A stretch of 64,000 nt of DNA, taken from Podarcis liolepis (Eukaryota). A program made the translations under genes and the position numbers. Location: the NCBI GenBank assembly GCA_965112155.1, contig OZ218110.1. One strand, written 5' to 3'. This document shows, in pieces, positions 12,105 through 26,719 of the stretch. Under the pieces are notes generated by a model. The model was not told where the DNA came from and did not search any database. It worked only from the letters and a program-made list of their open reading frames with translations. The stretch's first letter is position 1. Every line of letters starts with the position of its first letter.

Positions 12105-13079
12105 CTGGATGTGGGGAAGAGGGAAAAATCACATGTCACTTTTAAAATCCAGGTTCTCTCATCACCAAGTCCTGTCTCCACTATGAAGTCACTAGGCAGC
12201 CTTAGGCTCGGCATTTTCTCCCAACTTCAGTCTCCCCTCCCTCTGATATACAATAAGGGGATAATACATACAGCAGAAATAAGGCGCACAATATGTATGA
12301 ATAAATCACATTGTAGGTGTGATTCATATACACTATCTTAGATATCTTAGCAGAGAATCAAAGCCAAAACCCAACATTTGAGGCAACTGCAAGCCATCTG
12401 TGCTGGCAAAGCTCGGAAACTATTATTCCTAAGAACCAACAAGCTTTGTGTGTTTCAGTTGTAGCTTACAAAAAAAAACCTTTAAAATTAATTTGAACTA
12501 GTCCGATCTATCACTGCTTGGTTCCAGTGGTGGGAATATTCCAGGCTCGCTTCTTTATTTAAACAGAGTTGGTAAGATTCCTGTTGGGAAGTGCTGGGAC
12601 CACATTATAGATTAATTCACCCCCCCCCCAAATCCTGTGGGGCTTGGTGGGGCAGCACAGCCAGCGCTGCATTCACAGCCACAGCATTCGCGCCAGCCAG
12701 GGAAGAAGGTATGGGGAGAGAGGCAGGGAAACCTCCTCCTTCACAGAGTCAGCTCCCAGCCTGGAACAGCAAAGCACCCTAGGTTGGCCCTGTGGCTGCC
12801 ATGTGATGGCAGGAGGGTCTACACAGGAGCCAGCAGTTCCCTCCCGCAACACTGCATTTCAGGGGTTTCTATTGGCTACTGCTGGCCAGGATGCCACTGT
12901 TTGGGCAGGAGCACTGGGACACTCCTGACCAGCAGGGCTTCCCCGCCTATGGTGGAGCTCCGGCAGAGCCACGCAGGGCAGAGAGACACCCCAGCTCCAT
13001 TCAGAGCCCCTCTTGTACAGAAGACTGTGTGTGGATTGCTTTGCTCACATACCAGAGACAAATAGCTGACTGTTGTAGC

Positions 13080-13226
13080 CAGTGCCTTTTTTCTGGGGGG
13101 ATGCATACCCCTAAACATTTTGTGAATCTGAGTTTGGCCTCACTGAGGGGTAGTATTTCAAGATGAGTAGGAAAATGAGAGTACCTCTAAACATTTTTTT
13201 AGAAAGAAAGAAAAACAAAAGCACTG
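13080..13226. mobile_element. hAT MITE (cagtgc TIR family)
   Basis: Perfect TSD gttgtagc. Confidence 0.85.
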
Positions 13227-13692
13227 GTTGTAGCCACGGTTTACTATAAAAACACCTACTGCGTCAGGTTTTGAAGATTTTCTTACCCATAAATGGTTCT
13301 GTTTGTGGAACAGATTTTACACACGCCCCTCTGACACATCAAGCTGGGATTACGAGGGGAGTTTTTATATTTCCGTCATTGCTGTACTTATGTGGTAAAT
13401 TGCTTTGTGTGGAAAGGTGACATGCATTGGTTTTTTTTGATGTTGTCGTTCCAATGATAATCTGAATTTCACACCTTCAGTTTTCTACAGCAGGCTTCAA
13501 CAGCCAGACTGCAACTCCCTAGACGTTTCCTCTAGAGTTTCAGCTAGTCAGGACGGGTTGCGGTACCGAAACGGAATCACTTCCCTTTGTCAAACAACCA
13601 TTTAATTAATTAATTAATTAATTAATGGAACTTGGCCAGCAACAATGAGCGTGCAGTTTAGTTTGGGGTGTTATTTGGGCCTGGAGCAAAAG

Positions 13693-13831
13693 TAGTGCTT
13701 AAAAAAAGTTTAGGGGTATTCTCATTTTCCTACTCATCTTGAAATACTGCCCCTCAATGAGGCCAAATTTAGATTTATAAAACGTTTAGGGGTATGCGTA
13801 CCCCTGTGTCCCGCCCAGAAAAAAAGCACCG
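13693..13831. mobile_element. hAT MITE, inverted sibling of 13080-13226
   Basis: Near-TSD agcaaaag/agaaaaag; body is the reverse complement of 13080-13226. Confidence 0.8.
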
Positions 13832-14050
13832 AGAAAAAGTAAATAGTTACTAAGATAGAAAGCAGTTCTGCTGTTTTGGTCTCAGACATCATGATCTAGG
13901 AGTCACTGGGAAGCACAGGAGCTGGGTATGTTGGAGGGGAGCCATCACGTTCATTCCACGTCAAATATTGTGAGCCTCGTTGAATCTTAAAAGCTGAGAT
14001 GGGCCTCGTTTCCAGAGAGGTGATTAATATGACTGGGTGTCAGACTAAGG

Positions 14051-14188
14051 CAGCGGTTCTCAACCTGTGGGTCTCCAGATGTTGTTGGACTACAACTCCC
14101 ATCATCCCTGAGCTCTGGCCTTGCTAGCTAGGGATAATGGGAGTTGTAGTCCAACAACATCTGGGGACCCACAGGTTGAGAAAGGCTG
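14051..14188. mobile_element. Palindromic hAT MITE
   Basis: Perfect TSD gactaagg; near-complete hairpin. Confidence 0.9.
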
Positions 14189-14729
14189 GACTAAGGTGTG
14201 TTTGGCTCACATGAGAGAATGCTCCCCCACTGACAATATTCCTACACATAGTAAGCTAGGAGGTGAGTGAGAAAGGCCACCTGAAACCCAGCATGTTAGT
14301 GAGAAGGCTAATCTTCTATTTGAAGGTATATCCAGCAATTTGAGTTTTCTCCACAAACTGCCTTTGGACATGGTGCAAGTTAACCATCTCAGTGAGAGCT
14401 GGCTCTTACAAGGAAAGTCTGTGAACTCTTTGGCCTGTATTTATTTTGTCTTGGAACTAGACTACTGGTGCAAGATGCTATTTCCCCATTGCTCCTTCCC
14501 AACCTGTGTACTGGGAGGCACAATATTTCGAAAAGGTGAAGCCTTCCTTCAAAGGAAACTAAACCTACCCTAGGGCTGATACGCAGCAGAAGACAAAGTC
14601 TCAGGCTCATTCCCTAGTCTTTCCAGACAAAAGAGCTCATGGGACCGGACGGACTTAGTAGAACAAAGCGTTAGAAAATTGCAATGGCAGAGGATTTCAG
14701 CTCTTCCTCCTCTCTGTTTTGGGGAGTCA

Positions 14730-14918
<189 letters not shown>

Positions 14919-15879
14919 TTAAGAAGTGAGCACATAGCTGTAACACAAACACACAAGTTAATTCAAATGTTCATGCAAAAGACTGCTATATTTGAGAGTG
15001 GGGAATTTGAAGAAAAATATGCAGATCCTCTACTTTGAAATAAAAGCAGATGATTTCAGAAACAAAATGAGGCCAAGTAATGTGAACCATTTTATTCCAC
15101 TGACAAACACCTCCCAAGAAATCCTTGCCACTCTCTTGCCTGTGGACCATTTCAAACATCCCTCTGCCTGAGACTTGTAAGAATGGTTAGAGCTGAGGCC
15201 TCTTCACGGGATCATAATTCTAAAGACCCATATTTGGGATGTGTGTATGTGGGAAGGTTTAAGACTGTAGTATAATCACGTCCTTAATTTCTGCTAATAA
15301 GGAAGTAAAGTCTATTTTTGGCAGCACACCAGAATGCCTCAAACACTTTACAAACAGGTTATTACTCTCCAGACCCAAGCTTAAAGACATTGCAAATGGC
15401 TGTAAAAATGCTAATTTATCTGTGCTTTAAAATAAGACTCTCTCTCTCACTCCATACCTCTCCATATACATACACACATGCCTGACTGCTTGAACGCTAA
15501 GATCCATATTTTACAAGTCCTTCTATTATCAATTGAGTGTGTCCTGGTGACATTTCCATTTGTGTGCCGAGATGGTCCACAACTGTGAACTCTTTCCCAA
15601 GAGATTTGTCAGCCTGAATGCATTTGGAAGGTGTTAGTTGGGCTGGCTTTTTAGCCACACAGTTCAGAAGGTGCAGTGCTATTTTGAATTTAGTTTTAAT
15701 ATGCACATATGCTGCCTCCTGAAGTATACAAAGGAATTCTCAAGGTGTCCTCATAGCTAAGTGTAAGCTCTTCCCAAGGAATTATTGGTGGTAGGTCCAA
15801 CACTGTGGAACCAACTGTTCAGGATCAGGTATTATACAGTTGCACTAAAAAGAGGTGGCTCTTTTTACATCCTTAAGAT

Positions 15880-16840
15880 ATCAGTGACTTCCCTTCTTCT
15901 CTTTCCATAGTTCATTTTACATATAATAAATCCCCGCATATTTTACAAAAACTGTACCATTCAGTATTCCATTATTGCATCCATCAAAACCTATTTACAT
16001 GAATTAATGCTGCCAACATTTTCAGCTGTACACAATTATTTCCCATCTATTCAATAAATGTTTTCCAATCATCTCTAAACGTATGCTCTTCTTGTTCTTC
16101 TTATTCTATATGTTAAGTCTGCAAGTTGTGCATATTCTGTCAACTAAAGTTGTCATTCTTCTTTGGTTGGGACCTCGCTTGTTTTCCATTTTTGGGCTAA
16201 CAAAACATGGGTCGCAGTAGTAGCATAGATAAATAACCTTTTTTGACACCTGGGATTTTCAGTCTGAATTATCCTCAACAGAAAGGATGCTGTTTTTTGA
16301 GGGAAAGTATTTTTTTCCAATTCATTATGGATCATTTCCCAATACTCTTTTACCCTTTTACAAGTCCACCATATATGAAAGAACGTTCCGTCCACCTCTT
16401 TGCATCTCCAGCACTTATCTGATTCAGTCTTATACATCTTAGCAAGCCTACTCAGAGTTAAATGCCATCTGTAAATCATTTTCAGGTAGTTCGCCTTCAA
16501 AGAATAGCATGCTGTAAACTTCAAGTCACTTTCCCAGAGTTTTCCCCAGAGATTAAAATCTATTTTGTGTCCTATATCTATTGCCCAGTGTGTCATTGAG
16601 GCTCTAACAAGCTTGTCTTTTGTTTCCCAGTCTAATAACATATTATACATTTTAGACAAAAGTTTCTCTTTGTTTTGTAGAAGTTCTTTTTTGATTGTGA
16701 GCTTTGGTCTGAAAAACCATTTTTTCCCTATCTAATTTAAAGATTTCATGTAACTGATGGTATTGTAACCAATCCGTAACTTGGCTCCTTACATTTCCCA
16801 TTGTTTTCATTTTAGGCTCCCCACACCCTGTACATACCAT
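15880..16840 (-). mobile_element. L1-type LINE ORF2 3' fragment (boundaries approximate)
   Basis: ORF 16153..16659 has KMIYRWHLT..RL..MY...CWRC...GTFFHIWWTC (CCHC knuckle). Confidence 0.85.
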
Positions 16841-17738
16841 TGTTTTTCTATGCTAAATCTTGGAGAAGGAACATTTAGTTCACATATTTAGCAACTCAGG
16901 AAACAAACCCTAGCATGCAGAGAAATAGCCTCTGGCAGTTTGCATGCTAATGAAAAGTTGCAACAGCGTCTTTAGAAAGAGCGGCTCCTAGTTTCACCTG
17001 GTTCAACAGTTGCATCTCTGTGACAAAGTACAGCATGTACGGGGATATTTAAAGAGGTACCCCAGACCTTTTATTACATTTGATCTCTCTACAGAAATCG
17101 TCTAAAGCACTGAATGTTGGGCCTCCCCCCACAATCCCCCAAAGTCAGAAAGAGGTAAGTTCTCTCTCTCTCTCCGTGAATCATATGCCCAGGATATGTG
17201 TTCAGCTACTTCAAGAGACTTGTAGATTCTCCCCAAGCTGCTTTTTGAAACACATGCATGTTTATAGCAAGATCCGCTCCCCCCGCGAGACACACTTGCA
17301 AGAAGCAGCAGCAAGAGATACAAATAATGATACACGAGTTGTTCGGGATGAGGTGGAAGAAAATAAAAGGTAAACAAATCATTCAAGAGAAACAACAACA
17401 TCTTATATTTTTGCACCATCTTGAAAGGGGGGGGTGAGCCCATGAGTTGTGGATTGGAGGACTTTTAAAACAAGGACTAGAGTTGAACAGGACTGTAACA
17501 AATCACAAAAAGTTTGCCAAACGTGTCTCTAAACAGGAGCAGCTGCTGTGCTCAAACAATTTCAGGCCACAGGAAGTCCAATATTATGGATGATTTCAGA
17601 GCCCAAGGACAGAACAAAGTTCAGTATTTATAATAAAGAAAATACTGCAGGTATTTCAGATTTTTCTTCCCCACCAGCAGAGAAAAGGCCCCCTCCCTAG
17701 CAGTGCTAGTGAAAGGTCTCAACAACGGGGAGATTTTA

Positions 17739-18137
<399 letters not shown>

Positions 18138-19704
18138 CTAAGTAACTTTGGGTTGTATCTAATGTCAAGTCCTACTCACAAGCACTCACTGTATTAATGG
18201 GAATGACTATCTTAGGTTGCTTATTTCGATGGCTGTACCTAGAGTAGGACTAAGATTGGATACAACCTCTTGAAGTGTACAGCTTTCTGTTCACTCTATT
18301 CCTTTCTGTCACTTCGCTATCCCTCCCAAGAATCTCCAAATTTATTGAAATCCTGAAGCTTGGCTTTGTGGAATGCTCTCCCCAAGAAGGCCCGCCTGGT
18401 GCCTTTGTTAACATATCTTTAGGCACCAGACAAAAACATTCCTCTTCTCCTAGGCCTTTGGCCAATTCAACAATCCATGGCCTTTTAAACTGTATGTGAC
18501 TCTTATGCTGTCCAACGAGTTCAGGACTGAAATGTTATTGACAACCCAGCTCGTGCCTTTAGCCACCACGACCTACAAGCTCTCAAATTCAATGTTTCCT
18601 GTTCTAAGTGTCACTAGATGCAGGTACTTTTCTCTCATACAGAAGCCACAGAGAGATTCGCAATTAGAGGAAGCCAACTACATTGCACTCTGAAGCACAT
18701 TTAGTCAGAAGAAAACCACGCTGTGCTCCGCAAGGTTTTCTGCCATGTTAGTATGAAAAGTATTGCAACCTTGGAAGAGTGAAGAGGGCAACCTGTAGGA
18801 AGATCTAGCCTAGGGTTGGACAGCCTGTGGCCCTCTAGCCAGCTTGGCCAATGGTCAGGATGATAAGAGGACCCTACCTCTACATTAAAGAGTCTCTTCC
18901 CTAGTTTATGTTTGTTTATGAAAGTGATCATGATCATCATCATCATCCTTGGCTGCTATATAGAGTGAGAAAGGAACCAAGCTGTGCTTCACAGATGGGT
19001 GGAGCACTGGCCTTCTTTTTGTAGAGGAATGTATATGTGCCATCAGTGAAGGAAACACTTTTGTTTTGTTTGCTTTTCTGCAGAAGCACAGCAAGCCCTC
19101 GCCCTGTCATCTTTCCCAGCACAAGTCATTACTTAAACTGGATGGCAAACTTGCTGCCACCCACCCATCCTCCCCTAGCCAGAACCACCTACAAACAAAC
19201 AAAAGAATGCCAGAGACAGTCAAGCACCAAAGGGCTTTTAAATTTTTTGCTTTGAAGAGGGGGAGGATAAATACCGGCTATGGGTTTGGCCTCGTATCTA
19301 AACAAAACTTTATTTTTGGATAGGTTTCACTGAGGAGCCACCCTGAATTTCTAGCCCATCCCTTCCAGCCAATGAGTTCAGATTGATAAAAACGTTGGAC
19401 GTCTGACAGCAGCAAGGCTAGCACTTAGTCTGGCCCGAGAAATAAAATGATTGCGCACTCAATATGATGCCTCACCCCATGCTTAATTTCTGCCGTCAGA
19501 AGTAGGAGAGAGAAGCTTATTTGTAAGTCTTATTATGTCTCCTTAAACCCCCCTCCCTGCAAATCCTAAGTGTGTGAGGGCTTATTGTGGTCTCATGAAA
19601 GGCATTCTGCACAGGTTTGTGTGTTCTCTGTTACCCTCACCCCAAGTTGGAAGGCTGAATCCTGGCAAACGCAGGTTCCAGGGATAGGATAACAGTGAGA
19701 TGCT

Positions 19705-19707
<3 letters not shown>

Positions 19708-19759
<52 letters not shown>

Positions 19760-19760
19760 A
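19708..19760. repeat. Compound (CT)n(CA)n microsatellite
   Basis: Direct reading. Confidence 0.95.
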
Positions 19761-20122
19761 GCAAGACAAGGTGTTGCAATGTGAGAGCTGGAAAAATCCA
19801 TGTTTCCCTGCAACTGAAGAATTAGAGAGCTAGGATGACTTGATCCTATTCAGCCACTTCAACAGAGCTGTGCAATTGCCACAATAAAGCTCATGATTTG
19901 GAAAAGGCACCAAGAAATGGGGACCTGGCCCTTTTCATGCCTTCTGAAGTTAAAAGACCAGACACACAGAGATTGTGCTGGAGATTGTTCCTGTGGGCAA
20001 AGAAGAGGGATGCTCCCTCCGATTCCCTGATCTAGGCTCTTTGCTCAGCATCCCCGCAAAAGAATGCGTTTTGATTCTGCCAAGATTAAAGAGTGTATAT
20101 TCAGTATCACTTAATGCAGTGA

Positions 20123-20420
20123 CAATGAGGTCCTCCTCTGAGGGTCTTCTGCTGGTTCTTTCACTGCGAGAAGTGAGTTTACAGGGAACCAGGCAGAGGG
20201 CCTTCTTGGTAGTGGTGCCCTCCCTGTGGAACGCCCTCCCATCAGATGTCAAGGAGATAAACAACGATCTGACTTTTAGAAGACATCTGAAGGCAGCCCT
20301 GTTTAGGGAAGTTTTTAATGTTTAATGTTTGACCGTGTTTTTAATATTCTGTTGCGAGCTGCCCAGAGTGGCTGGGGAAACCCAGCCAGATGGGCGGGGT
20401 ATAAATAATAATTAATTATT
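20123..20420 (+). mobile_element. L2 3' fragment (same family as 9083-10343)
   Basis: LREVSLQGTRQRAF...RRHLKAALFREVFNV plus the same 3' UTR and tail. Confidence 0.9.
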
Positions 20421-20494
20421 AGTAGTCATATGGATCACCCACCACCAAGCTGGTGGGGCTGAGTGACAAGTAATTGGCCCAAGGGTTCCTGCTA

Positions 20495-20776
<282 letters not shown>

Positions 20777-21440
20777 CTATAGTTTTGACAGATACATTTT
20801 AAAAATCGCACCCAAAACAGTCTCCCTTGCCCTTGGGGGAATCCTTCTGACTAAAGGCTCCTTGCAGGAAAACAAGGACCAATTTCACGCAAATCAAGGG
20901 GTGGACAACATCTCAGGGCAGCTTTATTGAGGTTCAACTGCTCTCCTCTGCAAAGGTCTCACAGCCAGAGGCAGGGCAGGGTGTCATCTAAACATTTCGG
21001 TGCGCGTCCATATATAATGAACAGCAAAGGGAATACAGGAGGAGTGTGATGCTGGGAGGAACTGGAAGAGGGAAATCTCATTAAACTGTGCTTTATTTCC
21101 AGGTGCCTTTAGAGTTGGGGGGCAGAGAGGGACGGCACACAACCTCGACTCAGGTTTAATTGAAGGATCTGGTGTTGTGGGCTCTTTTCAAGCAATCCAA
21201 GTATCGTGTTTCTATCATACTTTCCTTAAAGCTCCCGGGAGAGCTGGGCTCGCACAGCAAAGAGTTGATTCAGTTTCCTTCCTCAATAACTCTCTCGTAT
21301 GTGAGTCTGCTTTATCACCTCCTCCTCCAGAGCTAGTCTCTCTTTCTTTTTAAAAAAGATTTTAGCCTCGTGTGTGCACGTGTGAGAGAGAGACGTCCAG
21401 TGTCATTTGGGGGAGAGAGAGAGGGATTTCTTCCGTGTAC

Positions 21441-21572
21441 CTTTTCTGCTTCATATTCATTTAAGTACTCTTGCTTCTCTTCATCAGTGAGGTCTCGCCA
21501 CATCCCTCCAATGATCTTCCCAATTTCCCATAACTTCAAGTCAGGATTGGACGCCTTCACTTGGTCCCAGAC
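21441..21572 (-). CDS. SMARCE1: SMARCE1 exon 6 (132 nt, [44 protein letters not shown]; HMG box)
   Basis: aag|GTC ... AAG|gtacac; matches ORF 21333..21560. Confidence 0.98.
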
Positions 21573-22500
21573 CTTAATAAAAACATCTGTAGTAAAGCTC
21601 CAGCTAACTGAATACTTATAAAATTAAACACATCTATTTTGTTGTTGTTAATATCACTACCATGACTAGTGTCTTTTCTGAGAGCTATTATCACAATGCA
21701 AGGCTACATTAAGACAGGTGGTTTTTTTTGGGTTTTTTGCTATGCTATGTCCACTGTTTGATTATTTCTCTGGGGCAGGAAGTCAAGAGTTACGACGTTT
21801 ATCCACTGCCTGGTTTAATTCTCAGCCGCACAGCATCTTTTCCGCCAGTCTTGCCCTTAAATGCTGCATTACGTTTCTTCTCTTTTTGTCTTAAGAGAGG
21901 CCGCTGGATGAAACAGGTGTTGCTGTGGTTTTTTTAAAAAAACCAGAGATGGGAAGGCAGGTAACACAGTCGTCCTCCTGGCTCAGTGACTCCTCGACAA
22001 CGGATTGGATCAGGCGCTGTCCTAGGTACTCATTTTAATCAGGAAAAAGCTCACATTTTAAAAAGGGGGGAGAGAAAATGGCACTGCACCCTCTTTTTTA
22101 AAAGAAAAGATTTTTTTAAAAAAGAAAAAACCACACACAACTTTCAAAAAAGCAAAGGAGGTCCTATTGTCACTACTGCAAAGTCCAGCTATCAGGCTGC
22201 ACCAATCCTGGATACTTTTAAAACAGAAAAGTATGTCAACAAGTCACCAGATGCATCCTTGTTAGCAGAGAGGGTGGCAGCAGTTTTAAGCATTGTCTAA
22301 ATATTCAATTAAATGAAGCTCTTCATTTGTCCCCCGAAAGTACGGTGGCCAAGTTTCGTCCTGCAGCGAAACTAACTCCCCACCCGCTCCATTTGCATGG
22401 TTCGCTATTGCCTTCACTGTGAAAAGAGAAGACAAACTGCATTCTTAAGTTTTCCCTTAAGGAAAGAAAAAACAACACCACACATTCAAGCACACTTTTA

Positions 22501-22668
<168 letters not shown>

Positions 22669-23221
22669 CTAGAGAAGAACCAAATAAAATCCACTGGTTA
22701 TCTTATCTCAAACATTTGCGAACCGCCAAGACAGGCATTTGCCAAGAGACGTACACAGGTAAGTGAGACACAGGTGCAGGCAACATTATTAGCTCTCATC
22801 AGAAGGTTTACATTCTCCAGCACCCTGGGTCGGGCATACTTTCCGACAGCACCTCTGATGAATTTGTCAGTACAGAGATTTCTAAATGAAAGAGAAGCAG
22901 ATTTTCTCTACTTGTAACAGTGGCTTCAAAAGTCTGTTTTCACTTTCTAATGAGAGCAGCTGTTAACTCTACCAGCACTAAATACCTGAGGCTGCATCCA
23001 CACCTGCCTCACCCCAGTGCTGGAATTAAGCACATCCCCTTTGTAGCCTCCACACCCACAGCTCTATGCGGATTTGACTACTCTTAACTTCCAACTGTTT
23101 GTTGGGATCATTTCATGTTGCGAAATATGCGGCTCTCCCATAATCCGCCTGCAACGCATAGCAGAGTATGGGTGATGCTGTGTTTGACAGGGCCTTTCTA
23201 GACAGCTATGATCGTTTAGGG

Positions 23222-23357
23222 CAGGCATGGCCAAACTTGGCCCTCCAGCTGTTTTGGGACCTCAATTCCCATCATCCCTAACCACTGGTCCTGTTAGCTA
23301 GGGATGATGGGAGGTGTAGTCCCAAAACAGCTGGAGGGCCATTTTTGGCCATGCCTG
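23222..23357. mobile_element. Palindromic hAT MITE
   Basis: TIR caggcatggccaaa; perfect TSD gtttaggg. Confidence 0.9.
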
Positions 23358-26059
23358 GTTTAGGGGAATGGTAGTCACTGCTCCGAATCCTGGGCATACC
23401 CAATTTTGACTTCTTTTAGGCTGGCTTCTTGGGGATAGTTGGATTTTACAGCGGTAGCTTCCTTAGATGCACCCCCGCCCCAAACCACAGCCCAGGAGAG
23501 CATTAGGGACACTTGCTGCCATAGGCACAGTGGCAGACCAGTGGTCAAGTTCAGGGGTGAATGCAACCTCAATGCTAAAGAAAAGAGACAGGTAACTTTA
23601 GGAAGAGGCGAGAGAACAGAACGGAAATAGTATGGATATTCTTTCACTCAAGGCCTTCTCAGGTTATACTTATTCCATTAAGGCAGGCTAAGGGTGGGGA
23701 GAACCCAGAAAACGTATCATAACAAGAACTCTGCAAGGTTGGCTCCCTCAACCTGTACACCACATGAATCCGAATTTCACTGTCGGAGTCCAAATTAGAC
23801 TGTGAGTTCCTGGAGGGACCTTTGTCTTCCTTAAAGGTACAAACCGCCAAGCACCTTGCCTGCACTCAATAAGAAAGAAAAAGAAAGACACTAAAACAAA
23901 TTGGTGTTATTGGCTGGCAGCTACACAGTGCCTTCCTTTCTATGATTTTTTTTCTCGTTCCCAAAGTACATTATTTGCACAAATACAACCTCTCATCCAT
24001 CCAAGGCAAGCTGACACTTCATTTGCATTATCTATAGTTTGCCAGAAGGATATAACTCCTCAGTCTTAACACGATTTCCATTAAAAGCCTTGGCTTCCAT
24101 ACTTCTGCTGAAATGAGTGCAGTATATTTGTTATATATATATATATATATTTAAAATCCCAAAATTTATATACTGCTTGGCTATAGCAAAATCTCTAAGT
24201 GGTTTACAAACCATGGCTATGGTCCAGTGTTCTGTGTTCATGTGGGGACTGAATGCCAACTATATTAAATGGACCCCAAGGGAAGTTGCAAGAGTCAAAT
24301 TCCCCACACTATTTCTGATAGTGTGATAACTCTGGACAATGGAATTCTACCATAATAAACTATTATGTTCCCACATCTGGCAATTGCTTACAGTGCCAGA
24401 AGCTCTGACTTGTACCACCATCTCCATGGGCTTCTTGTTCATTTCAATGGAAGAAACAGATCAGTGCACACCGTTTCTCAGCTCACGTGGATCTCCTCTT
24501 TCCATAGCAATTAATGGGGCAGCCTGCATGAACAAGATTCCACCTGCACCTCGCAGCACAGTGTTTAAGATGAAGGCATAAACATACAGACAAGTCTCTG
24601 CACGGATTTCAGTTTTAGAGCAGTAAGGTCAATCTCGCAGAATGTGGCAGGATCACTAAGCCTGAGGTAAAGCATGTGTGGCAAGCTTGCAAGATCAGAT
24701 CTATAGTATTCCAGAAGCACTTCGATTTTTTGTTTTGTTTTGTTTTGATGCAGGAAAAAACCCCAGGCTTTGCTCCTGCTCATATTTATGAAATGCTTTG
24801 AACCAATCAATTCGTACATCGCTTCCATTGAAATATTTATATATCTATATCTATCTATAAGTTTTTGAGGTGTATGCATTAGCAACTGTATACAGATACA
24901 TGCACACACATAACAATGGGCCTGAAAACATTCAGTGAATTAATTTAATGCTTATAAATCAATAGTTTTTTTTAAAAGACCACATATATTGAAATATACA
25001 CAGCAGAGAAAGGTGTAAATGCTTATGACATATATACAATGGAAATCTGTGAAACATAAAAACCTGTTTTAATCTGAACTTAAATTCAGATTTTAAAAGT
25101 CTTTGGGGATAAGATTTTTAAATGATGAATGGACAAAAACTGTATTTGGGAAAAACACACACAGACACCTTATGATGATCTTAGTAATGTAAGAAATCCT
25201 TCCTGTGAAATGTGACTTAAAAGCATGAAGGGCCACCAATTCCCCGCCATCGTACTGTGTGCCTTCTGTATCGCTTTGCCACATTGCTCTACTTCTGATC
25301 TGAGTACCGAGGGCCAAAAGAGGGCTCTCTTGAACTTATCAAACGAGTGTTGTGTTGAGCTGCGGACGAACTCCACAAGGGACACAAGAGTCCCTTGAGA
25401 GTTGCACACTTCAGTTTTGGGGCTGCTAGGGGCAGGCCGTGACAGCAGCTACTATGCAATTCTCTCTTGCTCAGCCATGCTGCCCATAGCCGATGGGAGT
25501 TGTAGTCCAAAACATCTGGCGAGAACCACACTGGGGTTAGCTGATGTGCTTCCTTGTTTGATTGTCCAGCGTGGGTGAACACTGTTCTAACACTTACTAC
25601 AGTTATCGGTTACTAGCAGATTCCAGAAGAGCAACCGCATTTTATTAATTTGTTAGCTAACTTATAAAATGCTTTTTCAAGGTATATTACACATGCTCCT
25701 GGAGGGGCATGAGAGCCACTTCCTTATAGCGTTATTCCCGCCCACCCCCGTTCTTGTGTAGAAGCAGGCAGGGAATGCATGAAATGGGCCAGGAGTGGGA
25801 TTCTTTCCCAGATCTATGTTGCTCAGCTGGGGGAATCAAGAGGAAAGGAAGCATGTAATGAAGTCTGGCCTGTATTGACCCGTTACTGCCACATTATCAG
25901 AGGGGAAAACATGAGAAAGAAGATCTCACAATGATGCGGTCACCACTGGCAAGTCACTGTGATGCCGTCTACAGCAGCCAGATGACATGAGTTAAGACAG
26001 CCTAGGGGCTAACAGGTTATTATGGAGCATTCTCCACCAGCAATGCTTACAGGCCGTTT

Positions 26060-26460
26060 CTTTCCGAGACCAATTCAAGGTGCTCGTGGTGCTGTTTAAA
26101 GCCCTAAATGACTCAGGCCCCAAACACCTGAAACTGCCTCCTTCTCTACAGACCCCCTTGGGTGTTAAGATTGGCAGGGGAGCCCTATTGGTTATCCCCC
26201 AGGGGGTGGCAGCCCAGGAAGGGGCATTTTCTATGGCAGCTGCTAAAAAGTGCATCTGGCATCTTCATTATACTGTACAGCTGTTGGCAAATGAAGATGC
26301 ACCTCTTTACACTGGCTTTTGGCACCAAAGCTGTGTATTTTTAGGGCCAGCTTATGTCTATATTGTGTCTAAACATTGTTTTTCATTTTGATAACCTGCC
26401 CTACGACATTAGGCTGAAGGGCAAGTAATATATATTGATAATAATAGTAAAAATAATGAA
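26060..26460 (+). mobile_element. Degraded L2 3' fragment (similar pieces at ~29670-30090, 40160-40770, 44255-44640)
   Basis: caattcaaggtgct...tttaaagccctaaat encodes QFKVL..FKALN; L2-like tail. Confidence 0.65.
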
Positions 26461-26719
26461 TGTCCTTTGGCAGTAGATAGGAAGCAAGTAGGAAGGTCAA
26501 GATGGTAGTTCTTACTGATTCCCCCCCCCCCCAATTTTAAGCATCTTTTAGGAGGACATCAAAACTTCACATAATTAGTCTAAAAGTAGTAATGGGAAAA
26601 TCCAAAATGATGTTTAATTCTGAAGGTGAGCAGGTCCCCCCCCCATTCCAGAATACAGCTTATTTTACACATGGAGGCATAAGATGCCAACTTAAATGAG
26701 CCTAAGAAGATTTTGGACA

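Noticed and set aside
11829-12341. 170-aa Leu-rich + strand ORF
   Set aside because: Antisense shadow of the Glu/Lys-rich SMARCE1 exon 10.
14051-14188. Hairpin as a microRNA precursor
   Set aside because: Multi-copy palindromic MITE with an 8-bp TSD; no recognisable miRNA family.
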